Below are positions 9,651 to 21,010 of a stretch of 38,877 nucleotides of DNA, piece by piece. How positions within the stretch are numbered: position 1 is the first letter of the stretch; the number at the start of each line of letters is the position of its first letter. The stretch covers positions 115,242,648 to 115,281,524 of the forward strand of contig NC_068982.1 in the NCBI RefSeq assembly GCF_001194135.2. The letters are read 5' to 3'. The stretch comes from Octopus bimaculoides. Its lineage: Eukaryota. Made by a program: the position numbers and the translations under genes. Below the pieces are notes generated by a model, which was not told the DNA's origin, made no database searches, and worked only from the letters and a program-made list of their open reading frames with translations.

Positions 9651-10289
9651 CACATCTTGACCTAACATTGTCTTGGTTCATTTCCCAACCATTTTATATA
9701 GTGTACTGGGTTCATTTTATTGTGACACCAGCACTAGTGAGGTTGCCTTGCATCGTATAAGGCTAGAGACTGCCCACAACTTTAAGGTAATGTGTCAAAG
9801 AAAGTGAACAGAAAAGAGAGTGGTGAGAGAAGAATCAGAGAGGGTTGGTGAAGGTTGCAAGAGTGTGGTGGGGAGATTGGTGGAAAGTAAAAGGGACAAA
9901 GATGGTTGAAGGTAAATAGGAGTGGAGGTAATTGATGATAGGGTAAGTTATGGGTGTCAATTACACGTGGCTCAGGGGAGAGAGGATGATGACTAGCAAT
10001 ACAAAAAGGGTAATGATAAGAAGTAGCAGGTTCTGGCTTTAGAAATTACACTGGCAGTGTAATACAATAAATAATGAGAGAGTGAATAAAGAGATGAATA
10101 TTGGGTAGAAGAGTGATTGAGAGATGAGTGATGAAGAGATAGATGATAGGAAAATGAGTAAGAGACAAAAGTGTATTGATGACAGGGAAGTGACAAACAC
10201 AAACTGGACAAGGATATATCAGATGAGAGACTCAAATGCATATACACCTTTGCATACATATACACACACATTATACCATTTGGTCTCCA

Positions 10290-10623
10290 TCGTTGTTGGC
10301 ACTCCATCGCTTATGACGTCAAGGGTTCCAGTTGATCCGATCAATGGAACAGCCTGCTCGTGAAATTAACGTGCAAGTGGCTGAGCACGCCACAGACATG
10401 TGTACCCTTTGAATTACAGGCACAACAGAAACAGGAAGTAAGAGTGAGAGAAAGTTGTGGTGAAAGAGTACAGCAGGGTTTGCCACCATCCCCTGCCGGA
10501 GCCTCGTGGAGCTTTTAGGAGTTTTCACTCAATAAACAATCACAACGCCCGGTTTGGGAATCGAAACCACAATCCTATGACCGTGAGTCCGCTGCCTTAA
10601 CCACTGGGTCATTGCGCCTCCAC
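10290..10623 (-). mobile_element. tRNA-derived SINE, near full length
   Basis: The minus strand starts gtggaggcgcaatgacccagtggttaagg (A-box-like) ... ggtttcgattccc (B-box-like), followed by a CpG-containing body ending ...gagtgccaacaac. Confidence 0.75.
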
Positions 10624-10789
10624 TCAGTCTCCATCACTACCACCATTTTCAACATTCGTTTTGTTATGTTTGCAGGTGATTATTTCTGTTGCACTGTATG
10701 TTGCCAACAACATGGCCATTTGACACCTCCTCTGTTGATGAATTTGTCTTATTCTAGTGAGATGCCTATGGTTCAAAATGTAGTAGTAG

Positions 10790-11110
10790 TATATAATCAG
10801 GGTACACTGCATTGTATTATCTGATACATTGTACTGCATAATCAGGGTACATTGTACTATATTATTAATTTTCATAGTACTACAAAATTAGGGTATTATC
10901 AAGGTTTATAATACTGTATTATCAGGGTACATGATACTGCATCATCAGGTTACATAGTATTCTATTATTGGTGTACACAGTACTGTCTCATCAGGACACA
11001 GTACTATATTAGTAGGGTGTACAGTTATTTGGTCATATGATACTATTTTATCCAGTTCCTAGTGCTATATTGTCAGGTACACAGAACAGCTACTGGATAG
11101 CTACTGCACA
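10790..11110. repeat. Degenerate ~21-bp minisatellite (consensus ~atcagggtacacagtactgtatt)
   Basis: Recurrent atcagggtaca...tactg motifs at short intervals. Confidence 0.6.
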
Positions 11111-11406
11111 CTGTGGTACTTAGTTATAACTTACTAGATTGGTATATTGAGAATTATATGTTTTGCTTTCAATATTATATAGTGTCAGTGAAAAAATACG
11201 AACTGCTGTCCTTTCAGTTGTCAGTCACCCTATTAAAAGTCATGATCTGTAGTTATTGATGTAATATAGTACTATTGTATCTTAATAATACTGTTCCACA
11301 ACCTTAATGCATTGTCATAAATATATAAACATGCAAAGGAATGGAAATTTTGCAAATGCCAGTTATCAGCACCAAACAAATTTTCCACATTTATAATGCG
11401 TCTTAC

Positions 11407-11567
11407 CTTTGATAAGCATTTTCAATTTCTTCTGGACTTCGATATTTCTTGACACTGTCCATCTCTTGTTGTTGCCGTTTCCGAAGTAATCGTTCTTGCT
11501 TAAGTTGTTTATGTTTTTTCTGCACCCAAATCCGGTGAATATCAGTTTCTTTTCTAATTCTCTCTTC
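11407..11567 (-). CDS. CCDC181: CCDC181-like coding exon
   Basis: Acceptor ttttgaattgcag|GAA and donor AAG|gtaaga; 161 nt, phase 0 to 2. Encodes EERIRKETDIHRIWVQKKHKQLKQERLLRKRQQQEMDSVKKYRSPEEIENAYQ(R), a charged coiled coil with W..KK motif. Confidence 0.9.
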
Positions 11568-12299
11568 CTGCAATTCAAAATGCAAAAATAACACACTTAT
11601 TCTTCGAGGATTGATATCAAACATACCAATGACAAAAGATTAAAACAATTTTATTACAACAATATAATGTCAGTTCTGCTTACAGCACTGTGCACAATCT
11701 ACAATACTGTTTTTATGGTAATGGTAATTAAGGCATACAAAGTAAACAACATTTATATTTGAAGGAGGTGACATGTTTTATTCTGCTCTTAAATGTAATC
11801 TCAGTGAGATTTACTTAAGAGGCTTGCTATTTTATCTTCTGTGATTCATATCTATGACATGAAAATATTTCATGAATATGGATCTAGTGTCTCTGATTTT
11901 GTTATTTTATAATTTCAGTTTGTTTTCTTCTCTCTTTCTCCCCCCCTCCCCCTCACTTTTTGGACTATAACTTGTGAAAATTATCTTCTTTTCAGAAGTA
12001 TTTGTTCATTAGGGAGTTGAACTGTCAAGCCAGACTGGTAACTGTGTCAGCAAAATCACCAGATATCCAATCAAGAGGTCAGTATTTAATTTCTAATCAC
12101 CAGGACTGTATTTTGTCTGTAACCAACACACAACTTGGAATGGCTTCACATGTAGAAATTTGAAACCTTGTTTTCCAGTATGTACCAGTAGTTGATTAAA
12201 TGTCTAAAAGTCTGAACTGAGTTATTCAAGGGTTATAATTTCTTCAAACTGTTAACTCATCTTTAGAAATGAATGACTTTTCAATATTTTAATTACCTT

Positions 12300-12510
12300 G
12301 GCAGCAAGCTGGTAGAATTGTTAGCATGCTGGGGAAAATGCTTAGCAGCATTTTATTTGTATTTACGATCTGAGTTTAAATTCCATAGGATCAACTTTGC
12401 CTTTCATCCTTTCAGGGTCAATAAAATAAGAAGCAGTTGAAAACTGGGTCGATCTAATTGACTTAACCACCCTCCAAATTGCTGGCCTTGTGCCAAAATT
12501 TGAAGCCAAT
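12300..12510 (+). mobile_element. tRNA-derived SINE (second family)
   Basis: ggcagcaagctggtagaattgttagcatgc...ctgagtttaaattcc...ctttgcctttcatcctttcagggtcaataaaataag...; the same family recurs at about 20130-20620 and 28300-28490. Confidence 0.65.
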
Positions 12511-13449
12511 ATTTTAATCACCTCTAATAATAAGGTTAAAATTATAATTTTATTGCTTTCTAGTGTTGACGCAAATGATTTAAAATTGTAAAGATCACAA
12601 ATTTGTAATGAAGGGGTATATATTAAGCCAACAACTATTCTACATGATCACTTAACCTAGTAAAGATAGCAACCAAATTTTCCTCAAACCCAAATCTATC
12701 ATTTTAAAAAAGGGGACATTGGCTAATGTAGTCACAACTGGAAAGTTTTCAATCATAAGTCTGCTTTATCAGGGCTGACCTAGGCCAAAATAGCAACTGG
12801 TACATATTTTATTGGTACTCACTTCTCTGAGCTGTGATCAGAGAACATAAAAGGATGTAAAGAGATACTTTTTCTCAAACCAGAACTACTATTTGACTGC
12901 TATTTCTAGGAGATCAAGCAACATGTATTGGTTTTCTAACTGGTTGTTGTGATTGTTGATCTTCAGCACCATATCAGTCCTGAGTTATCCAGCCTTTGAT
13001 CAATAGCATTCTAGCTGTGACCACCCTGTCTTTTTAAAAGTACATATAGACTGCATTAAATATTCTTCTATATTCCATATCTAACATAGTAAGTATATTC
13101 CTTATTTAAGATAATTTTGATAATGAATACTTCTGGTTTTAGAAATATAAAGAGCTTGCAAATGATATTAAAGTCTAGGTGGTAGAGTATTCTACAGACT
13201 CATACTTTTAATGTAAACCTCAGGCAGAATCAGTATGACAAGGTTGCCTTTTTTAATAGGTTTGATGGGTTTTCACACAATTTCCATTTACAAAATTTCA
13301 ATCATAAGGTTAGGTTCAACCTATGGCCAGCATAGAAGACACCAAGATGTGGGATCAGCCCTCAGTATTAGGAAATAAAAGTTCTAACTGTTCTGTCTAG
13401 CCTACTTTTACAGACACATCATAAACACACACACACACATATACACATC

Positions 13450-13790
13450 AATTTGCTAGGTGGCTCCACTACTGTAGCGTGTACAGGTCTACCACAGAGT
13501 TTGGTTTGTTCACCACACTTCTTGTATATCAAAGACCTACTTGGTGTCTCTTCCAGCAATGTCTATTCTTATGCAGATGATACCACTTCACTCTTTCCTA
13601 AACTTCTGTGGGGATGAGATGAGCTGGAAGGAAAGGGCTGTGATGTCAACCCAACATCATCCAAATGCAACTAGTCATCTCATTCAAAATCTGCACTGAC
13701 TTCATGAACTTCAGAAACATATTCTAGTGATGTCATGTCAATTCTGCTTCCTTCAACAGCACAAAGGCACATATACTACATATATCAAAG
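13450..13790 (+). mobile_element. CR1/L2/Jockey-type LINE RT fragment (decayed)
   Basis: In-frame TGLPQSLVCSPHFLYIKDLLGVSSSNVYSYADDTT, matching the GVPQGSVL.P.LF..YINDL...YADD consensus; later a FNSTK motif. Confidence 0.75.
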
Positions 13791-13843
13791 GAAAATATAG
13801 TATCCTCTCCCTAAAAACAATACAGTAACCTGACCTTAAACAT

Positions 13844-13844
<1 letters not shown>

Positions 13845-13893
<49 letters not shown>
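13845..13893. repeat. (CA)n microsatellite
   Basis: Direct reading. Confidence 0.95.
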
Positions 13894-13896
<3 letters not shown>

Positions 13897-14179
13897 TGAA
13901 TCAAATCTTGAGCACAGAAGGAATAGCTGTGAAAACAGCTGTAGAAAATCAGGTAAAATACCCCAATAGATGGAAAAAAGGTAACCAGCAGCCTCTACAG
14001 ATAATTAAACTTTTTCCATCTATAAGGGTATTTTACTCAATTTTCTAAAGCTGTTTTCACACCTATTCTCCTGGATTTGAGATTTTCTTCATTTCAAAAA
14101 GTATTTCAACTCACTTGACACTTCAATGTTTACTTATGAATATATATATATATATAATCACATGAACACAACAGTTTAC

Positions 14180-14712
14180 CTCTTCCCTCTTATTCCTTTC
14201 CATTTCTTCCTGAAGTTTCCACTGTTTCTTAACTGCCATTTCTTTCTCTTTGGTTTGATTCAGCCAACATTCAAAAGCCATCTTATTTATTATCTTCTTT
14301 TCCTTTTCCTTTGCCTTCTCTTCTATCATAGCCTTTCTCATTTTTTCTTTGGTTATACGTAACTGCTTCTGAACAGCTTCCTTTTGCTCAGCAGTTAAAG
14401 CATATGGGGAATTGTAGGAACTACAAGTTGAAAATGGACGGTTATCAAGGTTATTCCGCTGGAGTTGAATGTTCAAGTTAGCTGTTAGAGGGCGGTGACT
14501 TTTTGGTTCTAGTTGTTGTCTTTGGTCTTTAGTAGATTTCTGTTTTCTTGGACCATTGGCTGGCAGTTTTTTCATTCTATTTACCAATGCGTTCATATCA
14601 TCTGGAGTAACCAGATCAAAATGGCCATCTCGTTCAATGACCATATCATAGTCATTTTCCAACCTTTCCTCTTGTTTGTCCTTGGAATCCCCTTTTGTAG
14701 GTTTCTTAAGAT
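14180..14712 (-). CDS. CCDC181: CCDC181-like coding exon (largest, carries the diagnostic motif)
   Basis: Acceptor ttttgtcttattatttag|AT and donor GAG|gtaaac; 533 nt, phase 1 to 0. Contains MVIERDGHFDLV (cf. remembered vertebrate LVERDGKFELL), SPYALTAEQKE (cf. YCLSPRQKE) and AFECWL (cf. VFKAWL). Confidence 0.92.
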
Positions 14713-14769
14713 CTAAATAATAAGACAAAAAACTATAATACATTTTTAATATAGACATATTAGGTATGA

Positions 14770-14930
14770 TTGAGATAGCTTGCTTTCCAACTGTGTAATC
14801 TTAGGTTTAATCCCATTGTGTGACATCTTAGGCAAGTTTCTTCTAATAAAGTCCCAGGCCAACCAAAGCATTGTGAGTGAATTTGGTAGGATAGAAACAG
14901 GAAGAAGCCTATTGTATATATGCATGTATG
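14770..14930 (+). mobile_element. tRNA-derived SINE (first family), decayed
   Basis: gcttgctttccaac...ggcaagtttcttct...ggccaaccaaagcattgtgagtgaatttggtagg...gaagaagcc; same family as 7490-7850. Confidence 0.6.
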
Positions 14931-15483
14931 AGAGAGAGAGTTTGTGTGTAACCATGTCTTGACATCACATGATGGTAGTAAATGAGTATTACCATTATAA
15001 AATACAATGATTGCCATACATGAAAGAAATTAATGTAACAAGTTACAACCAAGATGTGTGAGAGACTTTGTGTTCAGGCTGGACTGTTGATCTTGTAGAC
15101 AAAGTTGACAAACTGTTTGGGTGTGTGTAGAGACAGCCGTTGGTCTGTTGGCTGTGTGGTGTCCATACGGCAACAATGTAGGCAGGCATCTGGTGGAGAT
15201 GAAAGCAGAGACTGGCTGGTGTCAGATATATCATTGTCAGAGACGAGTTGCATGTGGTCAGTGGCATGTGGCAAAGACCTAGTGCAGTCAAGAACTGCTG
15301 TTCTTATAGAGAGCAGGAGGCTCCCAGAGCTGGTGATTAATTTCCTGCATAAGGAAAAACGAACACAATTGGATGGCTGGAAACCGACCAATACAAACAA
15401 CAAGTTTGGCTAATCACATGGTCATGTGATCTGCTGGAATGAAAAGGCCTGTGGAGCCGATATCTTGGCATTTAAGCCTAAAT

Positions 15484-15587
15484 GACTCACAATGAAAATA
15501 TCTCACACATAATGACAGTATAAATCACTTCTGCTACACCATCATAGAAGTGATGTTGTTATGTGTGAGATATTTTCATTGTGAGTC
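15484..15587. repeat. Perfect 29-bp inverted repeat with inner 9-bp stem (intronic hairpin)
   Basis: gactcacaatgaaaatatctcacacataa (15484-15512) is the exact reverse complement of 15559-15587. Inner stem atcacttct/agaagtgat. Confidence 0.95.
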
Positions 15588-15639
15588 TTCTAGTCTTCTA
15601 TGAAAAATATCTCTTGCTATGGGGATGTATTAACTTACA

Positions 15640-15752
15640 GGGAAACAGGTGAGGATGGTTAACAAGAAAGGCATCCAGCTGTAGAAAATCTAACTCAACA
15701 AATTCCACTTAATCCATGCAAGCGTGGAAAAGTGGATGTGAAATGATGATGA
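15640..15752 (+). mobile_element. RTE 3' UTR fragment
   Basis: ggcatccagctgtagaaa...ccatgcaagcgtggaaaagtggatgtgaaatgatgatg. Confidence 0.6.
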
Positions 15753-16099
15753 TAACATAAGGTCGGATAGTTTATATATTGGTGCCAGTATTTATTTATA
15801 AATTAATTTAATTGCTTTATATGACAATCATTGAACAACATTGTCATTGGTTACAGATTTCCAACATGCCAATCACTGACTCACTGCATTTGTGGTGGCA
15901 AGAATGATAAGGGAGTATATATGTAATTCAGGACAGAACAAATATCGCAATAGACTTAATTTATAAAGTGCTTTATGTGTTTTCGCACCAACATGTTTTG
16001 TCATCATTGTTATCACCCTCCTCCTCCTCCTTGTTACCACAGGCACAAAGGCCCCTCCCTCAATACTACTCCCCCTCCACCAGTTGTGGGGACATGTAA

Positions 16100-16330
16100 G
16101 GTATTAGTGGCCCCGCCAATGCTGGTGCCATGAAAAAAGCATGCAATAGACTGTAAAGTGGTTGGCATTAGGAAGAGCATCAAGCCATAAAAACTATGCT
16201 AAAACAGACTATAGAGCCCTCCAACTTGCCAGTATGGAAATCATGCCAGTATAGAAATCAGATGTTAAATGATGATAAATAATGATGATGACTGATGAGG
16301 TTGATGATGACTGATGAGGTTAATGATGAC
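16100..16330 (+). mobile_element. RTE 3' UTR copy with GAT tail
   Basis: ggtgccatgaaaaaagca...gtaaagtggttggcattaggaagagcatc...gatgttaaatgatg. Confidence 0.6.
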
Positions 16331-16349
16331 AATGATGACGATGATGATG

Positions 16350-16386
<37 letters not shown>

Positions 16387-16389
16387 ATA

Positions 16390-16420
<31 letters not shown>

Positions 16421-16540
16421 TGTATGTATGTATGTATATATATATAATATATATAATGTGCGTGTGGGTGTGTATGAAAGAGAGAGAGAGAGAGGAAGGA
16501 AGGGAGGGAGGGAGAAAGTGAGAGAGAGAGAGAGAAAGAT
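16270..16540. repeat. Compound microsatellite (GAT)n-(TA)n-(TATG)n-(GA)n
   Basis: Direct reading. Confidence 0.9.
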
Positions 16541-17169
16541 AGGATTCTGCATATGTTCTGATTACCAGATTGCATTCAAAAGTCATTGGGCAACTTGAGG
16601 TTATGATAGAAGATACTTGCTCAAGGTGTTACATTGTGGGACTGAACTTGCAGCCCCATAACTGCAAAGTATATCACTTAGCTACATAGCTTTGTCTGAC
16701 AGCTACTCAATATTATTGATCTTTAGAAAAGAGACAATCAAATACTGCACAGCATTTTGTTTGTCATTCTAGAGTTTCTGTTATCCACTTAAAAAAATAA
16801 TAATACTAGTAATAACAAGGATACTGATACTGCCACTGTTGCCAACAATAAAAGTATCCAGCTAATAGAAATATTTGACTTAACAATAAGTAAATATGAA
16901 AATGGGGAACACTCATCCCAATTATGATTACATCATCTGTGTTGTTATGGTGGTGTGCTAAAGAATATCGCTGCCTTGAGAGCCTAGACAAAGTTTATTC
17001 ACAACTTATAGGTGCTACTTGTAATTATTAGTTGTGTACTCAGTTGTAGTATTCAGGAGAACCGGATGGATTCTATACAGCAGTGTAGCCCTCTTGTGCT
17101 ACATTTCAGCACCGAGATCGTCATAAATTTCATTATACAGCTGAAAAGTTCGTAGGCTGGCCAATTTCT

Positions 17170-17275
17170 AGACATCATCATCAGGATCCTCGTTTAACGT
17201 CTGCTTTCCATGCTAGCATGGGTTGGATGGTTTGACTGAGGACTGGCAAGCCAGGCTCCAATCTGATCTGGCAAG
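17170..17275 (-). mobile_element. RTE 3' UTR fragment (antisense to the copies at 15640 and 16100)
   Basis: catcatcatc...gtttaacgtctgctttccatgctagcatgggttggatggtttgactgaggactgg. Confidence 0.7.
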
Positions 17276-17574
17276 GTTTGTAGTCTGACAGCCAGTTGAT
17301 TCAGCTAGGTTTTTTTCTTTTAAATAAAATTAATGAAGTTTAATAAAGTTAGTTAAGAGAAGAAGGAAGGTGTCCATAAATTCTACCATCCAAACTGATA
17401 CTGAACTTGAACATTTATAGGTTATTGTTAGTAGGAGTCAAAACAAAAGTGAGAAAGGAACTAGGGGTATGGTGTAGATGATTGCATTAGAATGAACTCT
17501 TCTAAAGAAATTAAACTTTAATTCTGCACCTATAATCAATAAAATGTAATGAGATAAGAAAAGAAAACACAAAC

Positions 17575-17721
17575 CATTACTATCAAATGTATTATCCTTG
17601 CATGGCTCTAAATTCTCTGGGAAAACCACATTTTTGGGCTGAATATGGTTGTGTGGAACAAGTTCTGCATAACGTACTTGTGGGTCATCTTTTATGGTGT
17701 TGTTGGAAGAGCTGGTGTTCA
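17575..17721 (-). CDS. CCDC181: CCDC181-like coding exon
   Basis: Acceptor tttacttgcatatttatag|TG, phase 1 to 1. Encodes (V)NTSSSNNTIKDDPQVRYAELVPHNHIQPKNVVFPENLEPCKDNTFDSN. Donor ATG|gtttgt at 17575, with an alternative in-frame donor ATA|gtaatg at 17581. Confidence 0.8.
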
Positions 17722-17949
17722 CTATAAATATGCAAGTAAATATATATACAAACTATAGTTTCCAAATATATTATTCATAAGAACTCAACTTTATCACCCA
17801 ATAAACATACTTATAGTGAATTTAGTTAGTATAATGAACAACATATGTGCCCCACCCTATGCAAACCCTGTAAATAAAGAGACATGCACAGGACTTTAAG
17901 CACTGCATACAGTTCTCTGTCCACAACCAGAAAGATAGAGTCAAAGTGT

Positions 17950-18570
17950 ACAGTCAAAGTGTACAAGTAAGGAAGACAGTGGAATCCACCTTAGATACCA
18001 AGGCAAACATTTGAACATAATACAGAGAATTCGTGATAAAAAAAACAGAATAAACATGTGGTACAACATAAAGATATTTCAAGGGGTAATGCTTGTAGAG
18101 ACTATGCTGCATGGGGAGTGAGCCCACAGGTTTAGGATGGCTATGCAGGAATCTAAACTAAACATTAAGGTTGCAGAAAAACCAGGGAGCTCCATCAAAT
18201 CACAGTTATGTAAGACACATTCCTTTGAGAAGGCCATATGTGCTGATAGGAACTGCATTGCATGTACTTTTAACCCTAGTATTAACAGTAAGACCAGGAA
18301 CGTAGCCTTCCAAATAAAATGCATTGGAAGTGGCAATTCTAGGAACTGAAATATGACATACAGTAAGGAGACTTCTAGGAGTTGAGCTAAGAGACTAAAG
18401 AAACACTGGCTAAAGTATCAGGACAGGAAACAGAGATCAACAGAGTGACATACTGAATCAAATTATTAACGAAATCTTGTCTAAATCCAAGAGACTCATC
18501 GTTAAGACAAGTATGTGAGTCTGTTCTCATAAATGAGACAACACCAACACTAAATAGAAAATATACATTG
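17950..18570 (+). mobile_element. Penelope-like element fragment 2 (Zn-finger linker plus GIY-YIG region), decayed
   Basis: KVAEKPGSSIKSQLCKTHSF...CADRNCIAC...RNVAFQIKC...YSKETSRS*AKRLKKH...LRQVCESVLINETTPTLN. This resembles the PLE C..C / VYxIxC / YIGETSRS / EAVLI...LN pattern. Confidence 0.65.
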
Positions 18571-18749
18571 TAAACCACAACACTACTGCCAATTTTCATG
18601 CAACACATACACAATGTGGGTACGTGTACGTCCATGTAGATAGGAGGGTATGTGTAGGTATAGGTAGGCATACATAGGGCAGTATTATGACAGCAGGATA
18701 CACAGAAATCCATAAAGATAAATACATGCAATTATGAAGAATTCCAGTA

Positions 18750-19080
18750 AACAACTATACACACACATGCATACACATACACACATGAAAACACACACAC
18801 ACACAAGAACACACAACCACATACACATCCTTACACACACACACTGACATGTACAAGCACACACGCACATGTGCACGCGTACAAAAAACACACACACACA
18901 CACAAAAATGCACACATACACAAACATACACATACCTATTAAAAAAACAACAGGCTACACCACACACATATACATATGTGCATGCACACACACACACACA
19001 CAACAGAATGCACATATATAAGTAAACACTCACACATCTAAATGCACACATATGTACACACACACACACACACACACACA
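18750..19080. repeat. Long imperfect (CA)n-rich tract
   Basis: Direct reading; it explains the V/C-rich spurious ORFs. Confidence 0.9.
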
Positions 19081-19289
19081 GAGGCATTAGACCAATTCTC
19101 AGACAGACTTAAAGCAGACCGTGAAGTGTGAGAGCATGTCATTGATGATGTTGAGAATAACTATGAAAGGGCTCTGACAGAGGAAACTAACAATCGATTG
19201 ATTGTTCAATCAACACAATAAACAAACCATTGGATAATTAATTGGTAAAATAAAGAAGTGTTATTGAGCCAGTGCATGTGTTTATTTTA

Positions 19290-19525
19290 ATTGCTGGTGC
19301 CATGTAGAAAGTACTGGTGCCATGTAAAAAGCACTGATGATGGTATCACATAAAAATCATCCAGTACATTCTGTAAACTGGTTGGTGTTAGGAGGGGCAT
19401 CCAGCTGTAGAAATCAAGCCAAAACAGACTATGAAACCTAGCATGACCCTAGCCTTGTCAGTTCATAGCAAGCTGTCCAACCCATGCCAACATGGAAAAC
19501 AGATGTTAAATGATGATGATGATGA
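19290..19525 (+). mobile_element. RTE 3' UTR copy with ~3 short subrepeats and GAT tail
   Basis: (ctggtgccatgtaaaaag)-like units, then ggttggtgttaggaggggcatccagctgtagaaa...ttaaatgatgatgatg. Confidence 0.7.
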
Positions 19526-19691
19526 CCCTCCTTAGACATAACATAATTTATATCAGTAAATAATAAGTACAATAAATAAATTTATTTAATTATGACTTTT
19601 ATAACATTTACTTCTCACACCTAGAATACTTTGATTATATATCCCTTTTTGCTTTCTGTTAAAGGTAGATAAAATAGTAAAGATGTCATAC

Positions 19692-20016
19692 CTGGGCTGA
19701 CAGTTTCTTCAATAACAGAATCATATTCCTCCACATCACTACATACTTCAGCACTCTGGGATATATTTCTGGCATTAGTCTCTGCTTTTTTTATCTCTTG
19801 GTCTGCATTGCCTAACATTACTTCTGTCTCTTTCATGTCAACAATTTCCTTTTCCTGTTTAGCAAGGGATTTTTCATCTGAAGGAGGAACAACTGAAATT
19901 GAAGGGACTGGAGTTTTGGGTTTAAATTCTTTGTTGATGTATCTTTTTGGTGTTTGTGGTGAATTCCCTCCAATTTCTTCGTGTATTTCTTCATCAGGAG
20001 AAAGATAGGTATGATC
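19692..20016 (-). CDS. CCDC181: CCDC181-like coding exon (acidic, low complexity)
   Basis: Acceptor ccattttcaattttacag|GAT and donor CAG|gtatga; 325 nt, phase 0 to 1. Encodes DHTYLSPDEEIHEE...EEYDSVIEETVSP, open throughout, and joins the next exon in frame (G|TG = Val). Confidence 0.85.
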
Positions 20017-20129
20017 CTGTAAAATTGAAAATGGTGAAACAATACCAAATGAAATTAGCATTGACGGACTTTTTAGCTGTTGGGTACAATCTGATGCTGC
20101 TGAAGGTTGCCATCTGTTTCGTCATTATT

Positions 20130-20620
20130 AAGTAGGGAGGTTGACTTTGCTTTTTATCCTTTAGGGGTGTATAAATTAAGTACCAGTTAAGCGACTTACC
20201 CCTCCCTCAAAACTGCTGGCCTTATGCCAAAATTGAAACCATTATTAAGTAGGGAGTTAAACTGGTGAACTGGCAGAATAGCTAGCATGCCAGACAAAAT
20301 GCTTAGCAACATTTCTTCTGATTTAACATTCTGCATTCAGATGCTACCAAGGTTAACTTCACTATTTATCCTATCAGGATCAATAAAATAAATATGTGTT
20401 AAGCACTGGGATCAATATAGGTGACTCTTCTCTCCTCAGAAATGCCAGCCCTGTGCAAAAATTTCAAAAAGTTGTTAAGTAGGGAGTTAAAGTAGCAGGT
20501 TGATAGAATCATTAGATCATTGGAAAATACTATGTGCATTCTAACACTTTACATTCTGGGTTCAAATCCCACCAAAGTCAACTTGGCCTTTCATTCTTCC
20601 AGGGCTGATAAAATAAAGAA
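20130..20620 (+). mobile_element. Cluster of about three decayed tandem SINE copies (second family)
   Basis: Repeated ttaagtagggag...gactttgc(c)ttt..atcct.t.agggg..ataaa.taag motifs. Confidence 0.55.
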
Positions 20621-20699
20621 ATCTTTTATAAATTTGTGTAATACATCATACAAGCAATGGTAAAATCAATATTAACCTAGGATGATGAAGGCTTGAAAG

Positions 20700-21010
20700 A
20701 AAAGAAGCTGGATAGGTTATGTCAGTGTGCATGTATGACAGTGTAAATGATTCAAGAGGAAAATAGGTATAAGAAACATCAGATGTTGATTGCAAGAGAG
20801 AAGACTGCACTGGTATGGTTATGTGATGTATATGGATGAGAACAGCTACATAAAGAAGTGCTGATCTCTAATTGTGAAGGGGACCTGTGGAAGGCCTAGA
20901 CCCAAGATGACATGGGACGAAGTAGTGAGAAATGATCTTCAGATGTTGAGCCTCACAGAAGAAATGACAAGGAACTGAGACTTCTGGTGATTTGCTTTGC
21001 TTAAGAAGTC
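20700..21010 (+). mobile_element. RTE-type LINE ORF C-terminal fragment
   Basis: LQERRLHWYGYVMYMDENSYIKKC*SLIVKGTCGRPRPKMTWDEVVRNDLQMLSLTEEMT; RL.W.GHV...GR.R.TW motif. Confidence 0.8.

Noticed and set aside
10540-10623. tRNA gene
   Set aside because: It has A/B-box-like motifs, but no intact cloverleaf and it continues into a SINE body.
16258-19087. I/Y/H/V/C-rich ORFs (also 32254-32472 and 34049-34353)
   Set aside because: They are translations of microsatellites.
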